A stretch of 64,000 nucleotides of DNA from an uncultured Bacilli bacterium (lineage in GTDB: Bacteria > Bacillota_I > Bacilli_A > RF39 > UBA660), in NCBI GenBank assembly GCA_934190785.1, contig CAKPTA010000001.1, positions 13,514 through 77,513 of the forward strand. The letters run 5' to 3'. Numbering within the stretch: position 1 is the first letter of the stretch; each line of letters starts with the position of its first letter. The position numbers and the translations under genes were made by a program. Positions 38,823 to 49,291 of this stretch are shown piece after piece. Below the pieces are notes generated by a model. The model made no database searches, had not been told where the DNA came from, and was given only the letters and a program-made list of their open reading frames with translations.

Positions 38823-40621
38823 TGATAACAAGAGGTCAAAAAATTAATGATAGATATCAAATTATTCGTACCATAGGTGAGGGTGGAATGGCTAATGTAT
38901 ATTTAGCTCATGATATTATATTAGATAGAGATGTTGCTGTTAAAATTTTAAGAGGTGACTTAGCTGGAGATGAAAAGTTTGTTAGAAGATTTCAACGTGA
39001 GGCTATAGCTGCTAGTAGTCTTTCTCATCCTAATATTGTTGAAATGTATGATGTTGGAGAAGATGATGGTAAATATTTTATTGTTATGGAATATATAGAA
39101 GGTCAAACACTAAAAAATTTGATTAAAAAAAGAGGAGCTTTAACATTATCTGAGGTAATAGATATTATGTTACAACTTACAAGTGGTCTTGCTTGTGCTC
39201 ATGAATCCTATATTATTCATAGAGATATTAAGCCACAAAATGTTCTAATTTTAGATGATGGACGTGTTAAAATTACTGATTTTGGAATTGCTATGGCTTT
39301 AAATAGTAATGAACTTACACAAACAAATTCTGTAATGGGTTCTGTTCACTATCTTCCACCAGAGCAGGCTAATGGAAGTGGAGCTACTATCAAAAGTGAT
39401 ATTTATTCAACAGGAATTTTAATGTATGAATTGCTTACAGGAAAACTTCCTTTTAAAGGTGATAACGCTGTTGAGATAGCAATTAAGCAAATGAAAGATC
39501 CAATCCCAAGTATTTGTCTAGAAAATCCAGAAATACCACAAAGTATTGAAAATATTGTTTTAAAGGCAACAGCTAAAAATCCTAAAAATCGTTATGACAA
39601 TGTTTTAGAAATGCATAATGCCTTAAAAGTTGCTCTTGATAAAGATAAAAGAGATGAACCAAAAGTTGTTTTTCAATATCCAGAATATGAAATTATGGAA
39701 GATACACCTAAAGTTAGTCGTGCTAAACAAAATGAAGAAAAAAGAAATACTATAAAAGAAGAAAAAAAAGAAAAGAAAGTAAATAAGGCTTTGATTATAA
39801 CATCTATTATATCTTTAGTTGTATTAGTTTCTGTTGTTCTATTTTTCGTATTTACATCAATGAATGCTAAAACAAAAGAAATAGAAATTCCAGATGTATC
39901 AGGTCTTAGTGTTGCAAAAGCAGAAAAAAAACTAGAGTCACTTGGTTTTGAAGTTAAAGATGAAGTAACGGAAAAAAATAGTGACACTATTGAAGAGGGA
40001 AATGTTATTGAAACAAACCCTAAGATAGGGAGAACAGCTAAAAAAGGCTCAACTGTTACTTTAGTTGTTTCAAAAGGAGCAAGTGGCATTACACTTGAAA
40101 ACTATGTTGGTATGAATTATTATACGGTAAAAGCTACTTTAGAAGCCAATGGAATTGAAGTTGAATTAGAAAAAGAAGACCATACTGAAGAAGACGGCTT
40201 AGATCCTAACCTTGTCATAGCACAAGATAAATTAGCAGGTGATACTGTTAAAACAGGTGATAAAGTAAAACTTACAATTCCAAATATTATTACATTGTAT
40301 CCTGATTTTAGTACTTATACGTTAAAAGATGTACGTGCATTTTGTAAAAAATATAATATAATTTTAGAAGAATCTACAATTGAAACTTCAAGTTATTCTG
40401 AAAATACTATTATTTCACAAACAAAAAATATTGGTGATAAAGTATCGTCTGGTGATACTGTAAAAATTGTTATAGCAAAGGCACCAGCTGCTGTTATAAA
40501 ACCAGATGAAAAAGACGATACAACAAATGATAAAACAAATGGAGTAAGTGATAAAACTAATACAAATACATCAAACAAAGATAGTAGTTCTACTAGTGAA
40601 GAACAAAAAGAGAAAGAATAG
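38822..40621 (+). CDS. prkC: Ser/Thr protein kinase PrkC with PASTA repeats
   Basis: Hanks kinase motifs ('VAVKIL', 'HRDIKPQN', 'DFGIA'), a TM segment, three PASTA-like repeats and an S/T-rich tail. Confidence 0.9.
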   Translation: MITRGQKINDRYQIIRTIGEGGMANVYLAHDIILDRDVAVKILRGDLAGDEKFVRRFQREAIAASSLSHPNIVEMYDVGEDDGKYFIVMEYIEGQTLKNLIKKRGALTLSEVIDIMLQLTSGLACAHESYIIHRDIKPQNVLILDDGRVKITDFGIAMALNSNELTQTNSVMGSVHYLPPEQANGSGATIKSDIYSTGILMYELLTGKLPFKGDNAVEIAIKQMKDPIPSICLENPEIPQSIENIVLKATAKNPKNRYDNVLEMHNALKVALDKDKRDEPKVVFQYPEYEIMEDTPKVSRAKQNEEKRNTIKEEKKEKKVNKALIITSIISLVVLVSVVLFFVFTSMNAKTKEIEIPDVSGLSVAKAEKKLESLGFEVKDEVTEKNSDTIEEGNVIETNPKIGRTAKKGSTVTLVVSKGASGITLENYVGMNYYTVKATLEANGIEVELEKEDHTEEDGLDPNLVIAQDKLAGDTVKTGDKVKLTIPNIITLYPDFSTYTLKDVRAFCKKYNIILEESTIETSSYSENTIISQTKNIGDKVSSGDTVKIVIAKAPAAVIKPDEKDDTTNDKTNGVSDKTNTNTSNKDSSSTSEEQKEKE

Positions 40622-40629
40622 TTTAAGGT

Positions 40630-41475
40630 ATGCAGGGAAGAATTGTTAAAATAATAAGCAATGATTATACAGTATCAACAAATAATGGTATTTATGTATG
40701 CAAATCAAGAGGCAAATTTAGAAATATGAATATTACACCACTAGTTGGAGATTTTGTAGATATTGATACTTTAAATAATTATATTTTAGAAGTAAAAGCT
40801 AGAAAAAATGAACTTGTTCGTCCGCCAGTTTCTAATATAGATCAGGCATTTATAATTGCTAGTGTTAAACATCCTAATTTTGACTCCCTCCTTTTAGATA
40901 AACTTTTGTGTATTATAGAATTTAACAATATTAAACCTATTATATGTTTTACTAAATTAGATTTGCTCTCTTCTAGTGAAATAGAAAAAATAGAAGAATA
41001 TATTAATTATTATAAGAGCATTGGTTATAAAGTGTTTAAAAATACAGAACTTGATGAAATAGAGAAATGTTTCAAGGGTAAAGTATCGGTGTTTACAGGA
41101 CAAAGTGGTGCTGGTAAATCAACACTATTAAATCATTTAAACCCAGATATTTTGCTTAAAACAAATGAAATATCATATGCTCTTGGAAGAGGTAAACATA
41201 CAACAAGACATGTTGAATTAATTAGTGTTGCAGATGGACTTGTTGCTGATACACCAGGTTTCTCTGCATTAGCATTTGATTCAATGACAACTGCAGATAT
41301 TAGAGATAATTTTATAGAGTTTAACAAATATAGAGATTTATGTAAATATAAAGATTGCATGCATGATAAAGAAGATATTTCTGAGTGTTACATAAAAAAA
41401 TGTGTTAGTGAAAATAAAATACTTAAAAATAGATACGAAAACTATCTTTATTGCATCAATAAAAAGGAGAGGTAA
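40630..41475 (+). CDS. rsgA: ribosome small-subunit-dependent GTPase A
   Basis: OB-fold N-terminus, 'GQSGAGKSTLLN' P-loop, C-terminal zinc site 'CKYKDCMHDKEDISEC'. Confidence 0.85.
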   Translation: MQGRIVKIISNDYTVSTNNGIYVCKSRGKFRNMNITPLVGDFVDIDTLNNYILEVKARKNELVRPPVSNIDQAFIIASVKHPNFDSLLLDKLLCIIEFNNIKPIICFTKLDLLSSSEIEKIEEYINYYKSIGYKVFKNTELDEIEKCFKGKVSVFTGQSGAGKSTLLNHLNPDILLKTNEISYALGRGKHTTRHVELISVADGLVADTPGFSALAFDSMTTADIRDNFIEFNKYRDLCKYKDCMHDKEDISECYIKKCVSENKILKNRYENYLYCINKKER

Positions 41476-41477
41476 GT

Positions 41478-42089
41478 ATGGAGTTATCTGTTTCAATTTT
41501 AGGAATAAAGGATGAAAAAGAAAAGATTGAGCAAATTGAACAAACAAAAGTTGATTATCTTCATCTAGATGTTATGGATGGACATTTTGTTTCAAACATT
41601 ACTAATATGATGGGTATATATAGTAAGCCTCTTGATGTTCATCTTATGGTATGTGATGTTATGAAGTATGTAAATATATATGAAAAGTTAAAACCAACAT
41701 ATATAACTTTTCATATAGAATCAGTAGATAATCCAATAGAAATTATAAATTATTTGCACAAAAAAAATATAAAAGCTAGTATTTCTATTTGTCCAGAGAC
41801 AAATGTTGATACTTTAATTCCATATTTAGATGTTGTTGATATGGTACTTGTTATGAGTGTTCATCCTGGTCGTGGGGGACAAGGGTTTATGATGGAAGTT
41901 TTACCTAAAATAGAATCTTTATATAACATTCGTGAAAAAAACAATTATCATTATAAAATAGAGGTAGATGGTGGTGTTAATAAGGACACTATTAAATATT
42001 TAGATAAAGTTGATATTGCTGTTGTTGGAAGTTATATTACATCTGCAAGTGATTATAATTCACGTATTTTGACCTTAGAGAATGAGTAA
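41478..42089 (+). CDS. rpe: ribulose-phosphate 3-epimerase
   Basis: 'DYLHLDVMDGHFV', 'VMSVHPGRGGQGF'. Confidence 0.85.
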   Translation: MELSVSILGIKDEKEKIEQIEQTKVDYLHLDVMDGHFVSNITNMMGIYSKPLDVHLMVCDVMKYVNIYEKLKPTYITFHIESVDNPIEIINYLHKKNIKASISICPETNVDTLIPYLDVVDMVLVMSVHPGRGGQGFMMEVLPKIESLYNIREKNNYHYKIEVDGGVNKDTIKYLDKVDIAVVGSYITSASDYNSRILTLENE

Positions 42090-42163
42090 TCATTTTCTTT
42101 TTTCTTGCTAAGAAGTATATTTATCGGTATAATATATAAAGAAGGTAGAAGGTACTGATATTT

Positions 42164-43441
42164 ATGGAAAGATTAAAAAAGATAAATTCAATATGCAACA
42201 TCATAACTATAGCTTTATTAATTTTATATTTAAATATTGGAACAGCTATTTTAATTTTTTTTAAATTATCATATTTAGAATTTTCATATGGACTTTATAT
42301 ATTTGGTACTTTAGCTTTAATACAATATATAGTTTTTAAAATATTAAATAAAGAACGTATAATTTTAAAAGATTTATTTATATTACTTCTAATCTTTTTT
42401 CTAATTATATCTTATTTATTTGCTTACAAAAAAAATGATGCTTTATTTGGTGTAATTACAAGAAATGAAGGACTATTTAGTTTAGTTAGTTATTATGCAT
42501 TATATTTACTTGCATCTACTATAAACGTAAAATCGCAAAGAAAATTATTAAATATATTTTTATTTACAGGCTTTATTCAAATTATTATTGGTGTTATGCA
42601 AACAATGCAAATAACCAATATTTTGGGTTATGATAGAAGTTTAAATTGGAGTACTAATTTCAAGTTTGCCAGCGGAACACTGGGCAATCCTAATTTTTAT
42701 TCTACTTATATTCTTATGTGTACTTTGTATTCGCAAGGAAGATTATTAGAAAAAAAGAGTCTTGGTTGGATTATAATATTTTTAATATTTGTAAGTGGCC
42801 TTATAATTGGAAATACAACATCATGTATGATTGCGTTTATTTTATGTTTTTTTGCTGTTCTTATAAAAAAGATAAATAAAAAAAATATTAAAAAAGTATT
42901 TTTTACATTAGTTATTAGTTCTGTAGTAATTATATGTAGTCTTTCTTTTTTTGATAAATTTGTTAATCATAGAATCAGTTATACAATGAACAAAAATATA
43001 AATGAAATAAGAGAAATATTTAAAAATGGAATAACTGATTCAACTGGCAATTATAGAGTATATATATGGCGAAATACTATAAGTAAAATACCAGAATATT
43101 TTTTAACGGGAATTGGAATAGATAATTTTTCCTATATAAATGATGGACATTATTTATGTGCTGGAGATAAAAACTATCAATGTTTTGATAAAGCACATAA
43201 TGAATATTTACAAATACTCATTACAGATGGTGTGATTACATTTTTAATATACATAGCATTTATCGTTTATATTTTAATTACAAGCAAAAACTGTCTAAAA
43301 GGAACTAAATTTGCTGTATATGGATATTTAATTCAAGCGTTATTTAATATTAGTGTTATTCCAGTAGCACCTATATTTTATATTTTGTTAGGGTTTATGT
43401 CATATAAAAGTAAATTAAGTATGGAGGTAACACATGAATAA
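42164..43441 (+). CDS. O-antigen ligase/polymerase (Wzy_C) family membrane protein
   Basis: About 10 TM helices and a periplasmic-loop 'KAHNEYLQILITDG' motif typical of O-antigen ligase-like proteins. Confidence 0.65.
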   Translation: MERLKKINSICNIITIALLILYLNIGTAILIFFKLSYLEFSYGLYIFGTLALIQYIVFKILNKERIILKDLFILLLIFFLIISYLFAYKKNDALFGVITRNEGLFSLVSYYALYLLASTINVKSQRKLLNIFLFTGFIQIIIGVMQTMQITNILGYDRSLNWSTNFKFASGTLGNPNFYSTYILMCTLYSQGRLLEKKSLGWIIIFLIFVSGLIIGNTTSCMIAFILCFFAVLIKKINKKNIKKVFFTLVISSVVIICSLSFFDKFVNHRISYTMNKNINEIREIFKNGITDSTGNYRVYIWRNTISKIPEYFLTGIGIDNFSYINDGHYLCAGDKNYQCFDKAHNEYLQILITDGVITFLIYIAFIVYILITSKNCLKGTKFAVYGYLIQALFNISVIPVAPIFYILLGFMSYKSKLSMEVTHE

Positions 43442-44522
43442 TGAAGATATTTTGAATATAGAAAATTTGAAATATTCAAGTAATACTTATGTAATTAGAT
43501 GGAATATGACAAAATTGTGTAATTACTACTGTGATTTTTGTATTCAAGGTGACAAAGATAAACATATAAAAGATAGCATTGGTGAAAACAAAGAAGTAAG
43601 ACATGAAATAGCTTTAAAAATAGTTAAATTTATAGAAGAAAAAATAAATAATAAATATAGTAATCTTCATATCTATTTAATTGGTGGAGAAGTAACAATA
43701 TTAAGTGATTTTAGAGATATATTTAAAATATTACTTAATGTTAAATTTGAAGGTGATATGGAGTTTCATATAACTACAAATCTATCTTGTAGGACGGAAT
43801 TCTTAGAAAATTTAAAAAGTGATTTTTTAAGTGTAAAATCGAAGTATAGTCGTAAATTATCTATTTCAGCTAGTTATTATAAAGAATTTTCAAACGAAGA
43901 AGAATTTATAAAGAAAGCAAGAATACTTCATAGTAATAGTGCTATAAGATATTATTTGATTAGTAAAAAAAACAAGTTTAAAAAAAATAAAATTATTTAT
44001 AAATATTTAAATCATCTTTCTAAAAATCCAATTATCATTATTTCAATTTCTTATCCACTTGTTGAAGATAAAGATTACGATTTATATAGAGCATTTAAAC
44101 GTAAATATTCTAAGTATGTAAATGCGATTAATTATATAATTGTTAGAAATTACAAGAAATCTATTTCAAATGATTTAAAAGATAAATTAAGTAATTCTAA
44201 TCGTAAGAGAATAAAATTAACAACTAAAACTGGTAAAGTATATTATTTTTCAAGTACAAGTAAAATAGGACTTTTAATTAATAAAACAAAACATTTTACT
44301 CCTAAAGGCTTTTTATGTGATTCTGGAGTTAACAGTATATCTATTAATTCACATGGTCTAGTATCACGTTGTCCTAGTTGTTCAAATTTGACGATTATAG
44401 GTAGTATTTTAAAAGATGATATAGATATTTTAAAAACTAAAATATCATGTCCTAGTTTAAGTTGTAGTTGTGATTACTATCATGTTATTGAAAGTAGGAA
44501 AAAAGATGAAACAAAAAACTAA
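43434..44522 (+). CDS. radical SAM protein with C-terminal SPASM/twitch-like Cys-rich domain
   Basis: 'KLCNYYCDFC' CX3CX2C near the N-terminus; C-terminal 'CDSG…RCPSCSN…CPSLSCSCDYY' auxiliary-cluster cysteines. Confidence 0.65.
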   Translation: MNNEDILNIENLKYSSNTYVIRWNMTKLCNYYCDFCIQGDKDKHIKDSIGENKEVRHEIALKIVKFIEEKINNKYSNLHIYLIGGEVTILSDFRDIFKILLNVKFEGDMEFHITTNLSCRTEFLENLKSDFLSVKSKYSRKLSISASYYKEFSNEEEFIKKARILHSNSAIRYYLISKKNKFKKNKIIYKYLNHLSKNPIIIISISYPLVEDKDYDLYRAFKRKYSKYVNAINYIIVRNYKKSISNDLKDKLSNSNRKRIKLTTKTGKVYYFSSTSKIGLLINKTKHFTPKGFLCDSGVNSISINSHGLVSRCPSCSNLTIIGSILKDDIDILKTKISCPSLSCSCDYYHVIESRKKDETKN

Positions 44523-46674
44523 AATAATATTTATAATTTTATGTTTTTTAATTATAGCTGTTGCTTTATTATTTATTGTCTTTAAAGATAAAAAGGTTAT
44601 TCTTAATATTGATTTAAAAAAACAAAATAATGTTTATTATGTAGAAAATGATGATAATTTATCCATTCTAGATTTGAAATATCAAAATAGTGTTACAACA
44701 CTTATAAATAATAAAAAGAATGATAAAATATATACCGTTAAAGCTCCTTTATTAATTATTAATCCATATAGTACTAATATTACAGGGTTGTATATTTATT
44801 TTACTACTTTTAAAAAATATAAAATAGAGTATGTAATTCATACAACTGATGATGTAGCTGATTACACTAATACACTTGCAAGTGGTCTTAGTCACTTTCA
44901 TGAAGGGCAAATAATTGGTCTCATTCAAGGAACTAAGAATGTTATTACTATAAGATTAGTTGATTCAAATAATAATGTAAAAGATGAATATAAATATGAA
45001 ATAGATGTTCCTGATTTTAATACTAATTCTATTAAAAGAATAGAAAGTGATATGGAAGTTGATAGTTCTGAAATAGAAGATGGACTTTACATGTTTTCTA
45101 ATATATCAGCATCATCAGATGATATTAATATTCCTTTGTCATTTTATGATAAATATGGTATTTTAAGAGCTGAATTTACTGAAGAGAGCGGAAGACATAC
45201 TAATAGAGTTATTTATATAGACAACAAGTTTTTATATGCTTTTGATTCATATAATTTTGTTCTTGTAAATGGTCTTGGTAAAATAGAAAATATATATCAT
45301 ACAATTGATAAAAATGAACACGATTATATTTATGATGAGAGTAAAAATGCGATTTTATATGTAGCTGGGCTAGATATGGTTAGAATACTTAATTTAAATG
45401 ATTATAGTGATGAGTTATTATTTGATTTAAATGATGTTATGAAAGATTATAGTGATAAAGCAAAAGAATATGCTTCCATTCACAATCCAAGTGATACATA
45501 TGATTGGGCACACATAAATAGTATTGAAATAGTAAATGATAATGATTTAATATTATCACTTCGTGAGTCATCTAGTATAATTTATTTTGAAAATGTATAT
45601 AAATCACCTAAAATAAAATATATTATTGCCCCTAAAGCAATTTACGAGAATACAGGATATGAGGATTATTTATTAAAACAAGTAGGGGAATTTCCTGTTA
45701 ATGCTGGGCAGCATAGTGTTTATATAGAAAAAGATAACAGTTTAAAAGAAGGTAGTTATTATTTATATTTTTTCAATAATAACTATGCAAAAAGTTCAAC
45801 CGTTGTAAATGAAGATTGGGTTAATACTATTGAGGGGGTTGGACAAAGAAGTAATGGTGCTTCTAGATCTATGTATTATAAATATTTAATTGATGAGGAT
45901 AGTAGAACATTTGAACTTGTAGATAGTATGGATGTACCATATTCAAATGCAAAGAGTATTGTAACAAAATATCATAATAATTATATAGTTGCACTAGGAA
46001 AGCGTAGTTCAATTTATGAATATGATGAAAATAAAAAACTTCTTCTTAAACTTAGAATGAATGTTTATAAGGATATTTATAGAGGCTTTAAATTAGATAT
46101 GAATCACTTTTGGTTTGATACTAGTAGATATACAAAACAAGAAAATAAAAATTATGATACAATTATCGAGGAAGATAACGAAAGTATTTTTAATTATAAT
46201 AAAAAAACAGGAACTATTTTAGGTGTAAATAGTAATAATTCAGCTATAAATGAAAGTAATATTATTTATTATGATACTCTTTATTTTACAATATATGACT
46301 ATAGTGATGATACTATCATTATTCCAAGTTCAATTAATAATGTTAAAATAAAAAGTATAGCAGGAATAAACCTTAATAATGTAAAAAAAATAATCATTGA
46401 AGAAGGAATTGAAAAAATAGATAATTATGCTTTCTTAGGTTGTGATAATTTAGAAGAAATTATTTTACCAAGTACTTTAAAAAGTATAGGAAGTTACGCT
46501 TTCTTAAATTTAAAAAAAATAAAAAATATTTATATACCTGATAGTATAGATTACATAGGTGAATATGCTTTTAAAGGCTTCGATGATACTGAAACAATAT
46601 CACTGCCCAAAAATAGAAATTACGCAGCAAATTGGAAAACTAACATGAAGGCAAAAATAGAATGGAGAGACTAA
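44506..46674 (+). CDS. exported ASST-family (arylsulfotransferase-like) beta-propeller protein with C-terminal BspA-type leucine-rich repeats
   Basis: N-terminal signal anchor; 'DTYDWAHINSIEIVNDNDLILSLRESSSIIYF' ASST-like core; C-terminal 'IDNYAFLGCDNLEEIILPSTLKSIGSYAF…' LRR_5 repeats. AGGAA RBS before ATG 44506. Confidence 0.5.
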   Translation: MKQKTKIIFIILCFLIIAVALLFIVFKDKKVILNIDLKKQNNVYYVENDDNLSILDLKYQNSVTTLINNKKNDKIYTVKAPLLIINPYSTNITGLYIYFTTFKKYKIEYVIHTTDDVADYTNTLASGLSHFHEGQIIGLIQGTKNVITIRLVDSNNNVKDEYKYEIDVPDFNTNSIKRIESDMEVDSSEIEDGLYMFSNISASSDDINIPLSFYDKYGILRAEFTEESGRHTNRVIYIDNKFLYAFDSYNFVLVNGLGKIENIYHTIDKNEHDYIYDESKNAILYVAGLDMVRILNLNDYSDELLFDLNDVMKDYSDKAKEYASIHNPSDTYDWAHINSIEIVNDNDLILSLRESSSIIYFENVYKSPKIKYIIAPKAIYENTGYEDYLLKQVGEFPVNAGQHSVYIEKDNSLKEGSYYLYFFNNNYAKSSTVVNEDWVNTIEGVGQRSNGASRSMYYKYLIDEDSRTFELVDSMDVPYSNAKSIVTKYHNNYIVALGKRSSIYEYDENKKLLLKLRMNVYKDIYRGFKLDMNHFWFDTSRYTKQENKNYDTIIEEDNESIFNYNKKTGTILGVNSNNSAINESNIIYYDTLYFTIYDYSDDTIIIPSSINNVKIKSIAGINLNNVKKIIIEEGIEKIDNYAFLGCDNLEEIILPSTLKSIGSYAFLNLKKIKNIYIPDSIDYIGEYAFKGFDDTETISLPKNRNYAANWKTNMKAKIEWRD

Positions 46675-46675
46675 T

Positions 46676-48112
46676 ATGAAAGTTAAAAAAATTGTATTTA
46701 TTGTAGCTTTATTATTGATTTTATGTGGTATTTTTTATTGTTTACCATATAAAAATACCGTAGAATTATATATAAATGGTGAAAAATTCATTTTATCATC
46801 AACAGATGAAAATAGGGAATTTGATTTAAAAACATTATCATCTACTAGAGATAGTTATGTCAAAGTTACTACAAATGGGAAGACAAATGTTAAAGTTAAT
46901 GGGAAAAGAGTATTTAAGTATATAAAAAATAATATCGGAAAAATTGCTATAAATGAAGATAATAAAATTGAAATTGAAATAAAATTTGGTACAAACAAAA
47001 AAGCTACTAAATATGTTATTAATACATTACCATCAACATTTTTAGAATATGATACAAAAAATAACGGTGATAATTATGATGGCATTTATTATATGAGTAC
47101 TTATTCTTTAGCTGATCAAACAAGTTACATTTTTAATTTAAACAGTAATGGAGAGGTACTTTATTATAAAAGTGTGGAAGGTTTTTGTTCACAGTTTAGG
47201 CATGAAATTTCAAAGAGTGGTAAAGATAGATTTGTCTATACAGCCCAGGATTTATCTGATGACAAAACAGTTGATATGAACAATATATATGGTAAATTTG
47301 TTGTTATGGATGAAAATTATAAAGTAATAGATGAAGCTCGTTATATAACAGAAAGAGAAGATGAAAAAACATATACAATATTTGAATATATAGATGATTA
47401 TCACTATCTTATGACTTCATCATACAAATCATATGTGGATGATATTGAAGGCTTTGATAAGGTTATGTTAACACAAAATAACATTGAAGAAGTGGAAAAT
47501 GGTAAAGTCATCTTTAAGTGGGAAAGTGAAGAACATAAAGAACTTTATGATTATACTGATACAAGTACATTTACAAGTGAAGATACAAATGATTATTTGC
47601 ATATTAATAAGATTATAATTGATCCTGTAGATGGCAACATTATAGCTTCATTTAGAAATATCAGTACGATTTTAAAAATAGATAGAAAAACAGGTGATAT
47701 TATTTGGTCACTTGGTGGTAAAAAAGATGATTTTGGATTAACTCTAGATGAAATGTTCAATTATCAACATTCTCTATCATTCACGAGTGATCATTCACTT
47801 ATGATTTTTGATAATGGAGATAATAGACCTCTTCTTGGAATAAAAAATGAATCAAAAGTTGTTAAAATAAAATTGGATGAAAAAAATAAAAAAGTAGAAA
47901 ACTATAAAGCATATAAACTTAATGGTGTATATTCAATGGCCATGGGTTCAGTTCAAGTAATAGATGAAGAAAATGATGTGTTTTTAGTTACATATGGAAC
48001 AGGAATATTTAATAATGGACCAGTGGCACTTATTGATTTTAAAAATAATAAAAATTTATTTGAGTTTAATCTTCATTCTAATAAAATGATGTTTTCTTCT
48101 GAAAAAGAATAA
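46676..48112 (+). CDS. exported ASST-family (arylsulfotransferase-like) beta-propeller protein
   Basis: Signal anchor; 'HINKIIIDPVDGNIIASFRNISTILKIDRKTGDIIWSLGG…QHSLSFTSDHSLMIFDNGDN' matches ASST family hallmarks. Confidence 0.55.
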   Translation: MKVKKIVFIVALLLILCGIFYCLPYKNTVELYINGEKFILSSTDENREFDLKTLSSTRDSYVKVTTNGKTNVKVNGKRVFKYIKNNIGKIAINEDNKIEIEIKFGTNKKATKYVINTLPSTFLEYDTKNNGDNYDGIYYMSTYSLADQTSYIFNLNSNGEVLYYKSVEGFCSQFRHEISKSGKDRFVYTAQDLSDDKTVDMNNIYGKFVVMDENYKVIDEARYITEREDEKTYTIFEYIDDYHYLMTSSYKSYVDDIEGFDKVMLTQNNIEEVENGKVIFKWESEEHKELYDYTDTSTFTSEDTNDYLHINKIIIDPVDGNIIASFRNISTILKIDRKTGDIIWSLGGKKDDFGLTLDEMFNYQHSLSFTSDHSLMIFDNGDNRPLLGIKNESKVVKIKLDEKNKKVENYKAYKLNGVYSMAMGSVQVIDEENDVFLVTYGTGIFNNGPVALIDFKNNKNLFEFNLHSNKMMFSSEKE

Positions 48113-48134
48113 ATAAATAATAATGAGGTGTTTT

Positions 48135-49286
48135 ATGAGAAAAAATATTATGATGTTAATTGGATATTTAACAAATGGAGGAGCAGAAAGATCAATTACA
48201 AATGTTGCTAACGAATTATCAAAACATCATAATGTTATCTTAGTAGTGGCAGGAGCAAAAAAAATAGATTATCCATGTCATGTTAAAATAATTGAACTTA
48301 AGTCTCTTCGTAAAAGAAATAAGTTTAAAGCTATTCATGAATTAAAAAAATTAAAAAAAGAATATAAAATCGATGTTACAATTAGTTATACAACAGTTTA
48401 CAATTATTATAATGTAATGTCTAAATATAAAGATAAAACTATTATTTCAATTCGTAATCATTTATCAACAAAGCATGAAAAAAGAAGAGATAGAATTATG
48501 CATAGAATATCAATAAAACTAGCCCAAAGAATAGTATGTTGTTCACAGAGTGTTTATTATGATCAATTAAATAATTATTACGCTAATCCTAAAAAATTAT
48601 TGGTTATTCAAAATTTCTGTAATTTAGATGGTATTATAAGTGATATGGGTTGTGCGATAAAAGATTGTGACATGCATTTAGTAAATGATCATTTAATTAT
48701 TACGATGGCTCGTCTTGTACCACATAAAGGTCATAAACATATTATGAAAGCAATGTCACTTGTTGTAAAAGAAATTCCAGATGCACATTTACTTATATTT
48801 AGTAGAGGCCCATTACGTGAAGAATTAGAAGAATTTTCTAAAAAATTGCATTTAGAAAACAATATATTTTTTATGGATTTTCACCCAAATCCATATCAAT
48901 TTATAAAGTTAGCAAAAGCGTTTATTTTAGCTTCTGATTATGAGGGATTTCCAAATGTTTTAATTGAAGCTATGGCATGTGGAGCACCTATTATTGCAAC
49001 AGATGCTCCAGGTGGATCTAGAGAAATCGTAAGTAATACCGTTTCTAAGGGTGAATTTGTTAATGATTTAACAGAAATGGATTATGGAATTTTAATTCCA
49101 AGCTTTATTAATGAACATGATAGTTCTGATATAACTGAACATGAGAAAATGCTAGCACGTGCGTTTATAATACTTTTAAGTGATGATAATAAATATCATT
49201 ATTACCATAATAAATCATTAGAACGAACTGATGCGTTTGCACGTGATAAAATTTTAAAAAAATGGCTAGATGTTATTGGAGAGTGA
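48135..49286 (+). CDS. GT4-family glycosyltransferase
   Basis: 'EGFPNVLIEAMACGAPIIATDAPGGSREIV' EX7E motif; TGAGGTG RBS before ATG 48135. Confidence 0.75.
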   Translation: MRKNIMMLIGYLTNGGAERSITNVANELSKHHNVILVVAGAKKIDYPCHVKIIELKSLRKRNKFKAIHELKKLKKEYKIDVTISYTTVYNYYNVMSKYKDKTIISIRNHLSTKHEKRRDRIMHRISIKLAQRIVCCSQSVYYDQLNNYYANPKKLLVIQNFCNLDGIISDMGCAIKDCDMHLVNDHLIITMARLVPHKGHKHIMKAMSLVVKEIPDAHLLIFSRGPLREELEEFSKKLHLENNIFFMDFHPNPYQFIKLAKAFILASDYEGFPNVLIEAMACGAPIIATDAPGGSREIVSNTVSKGEFVNDLTEMDYGILIPSFINEHDSSDITEHEKMLARAFIILLSDDNKYHYYHNKSLERTDAFARDKILKKWLDVIGE

Positions 49287-49291
49287 TGAAA

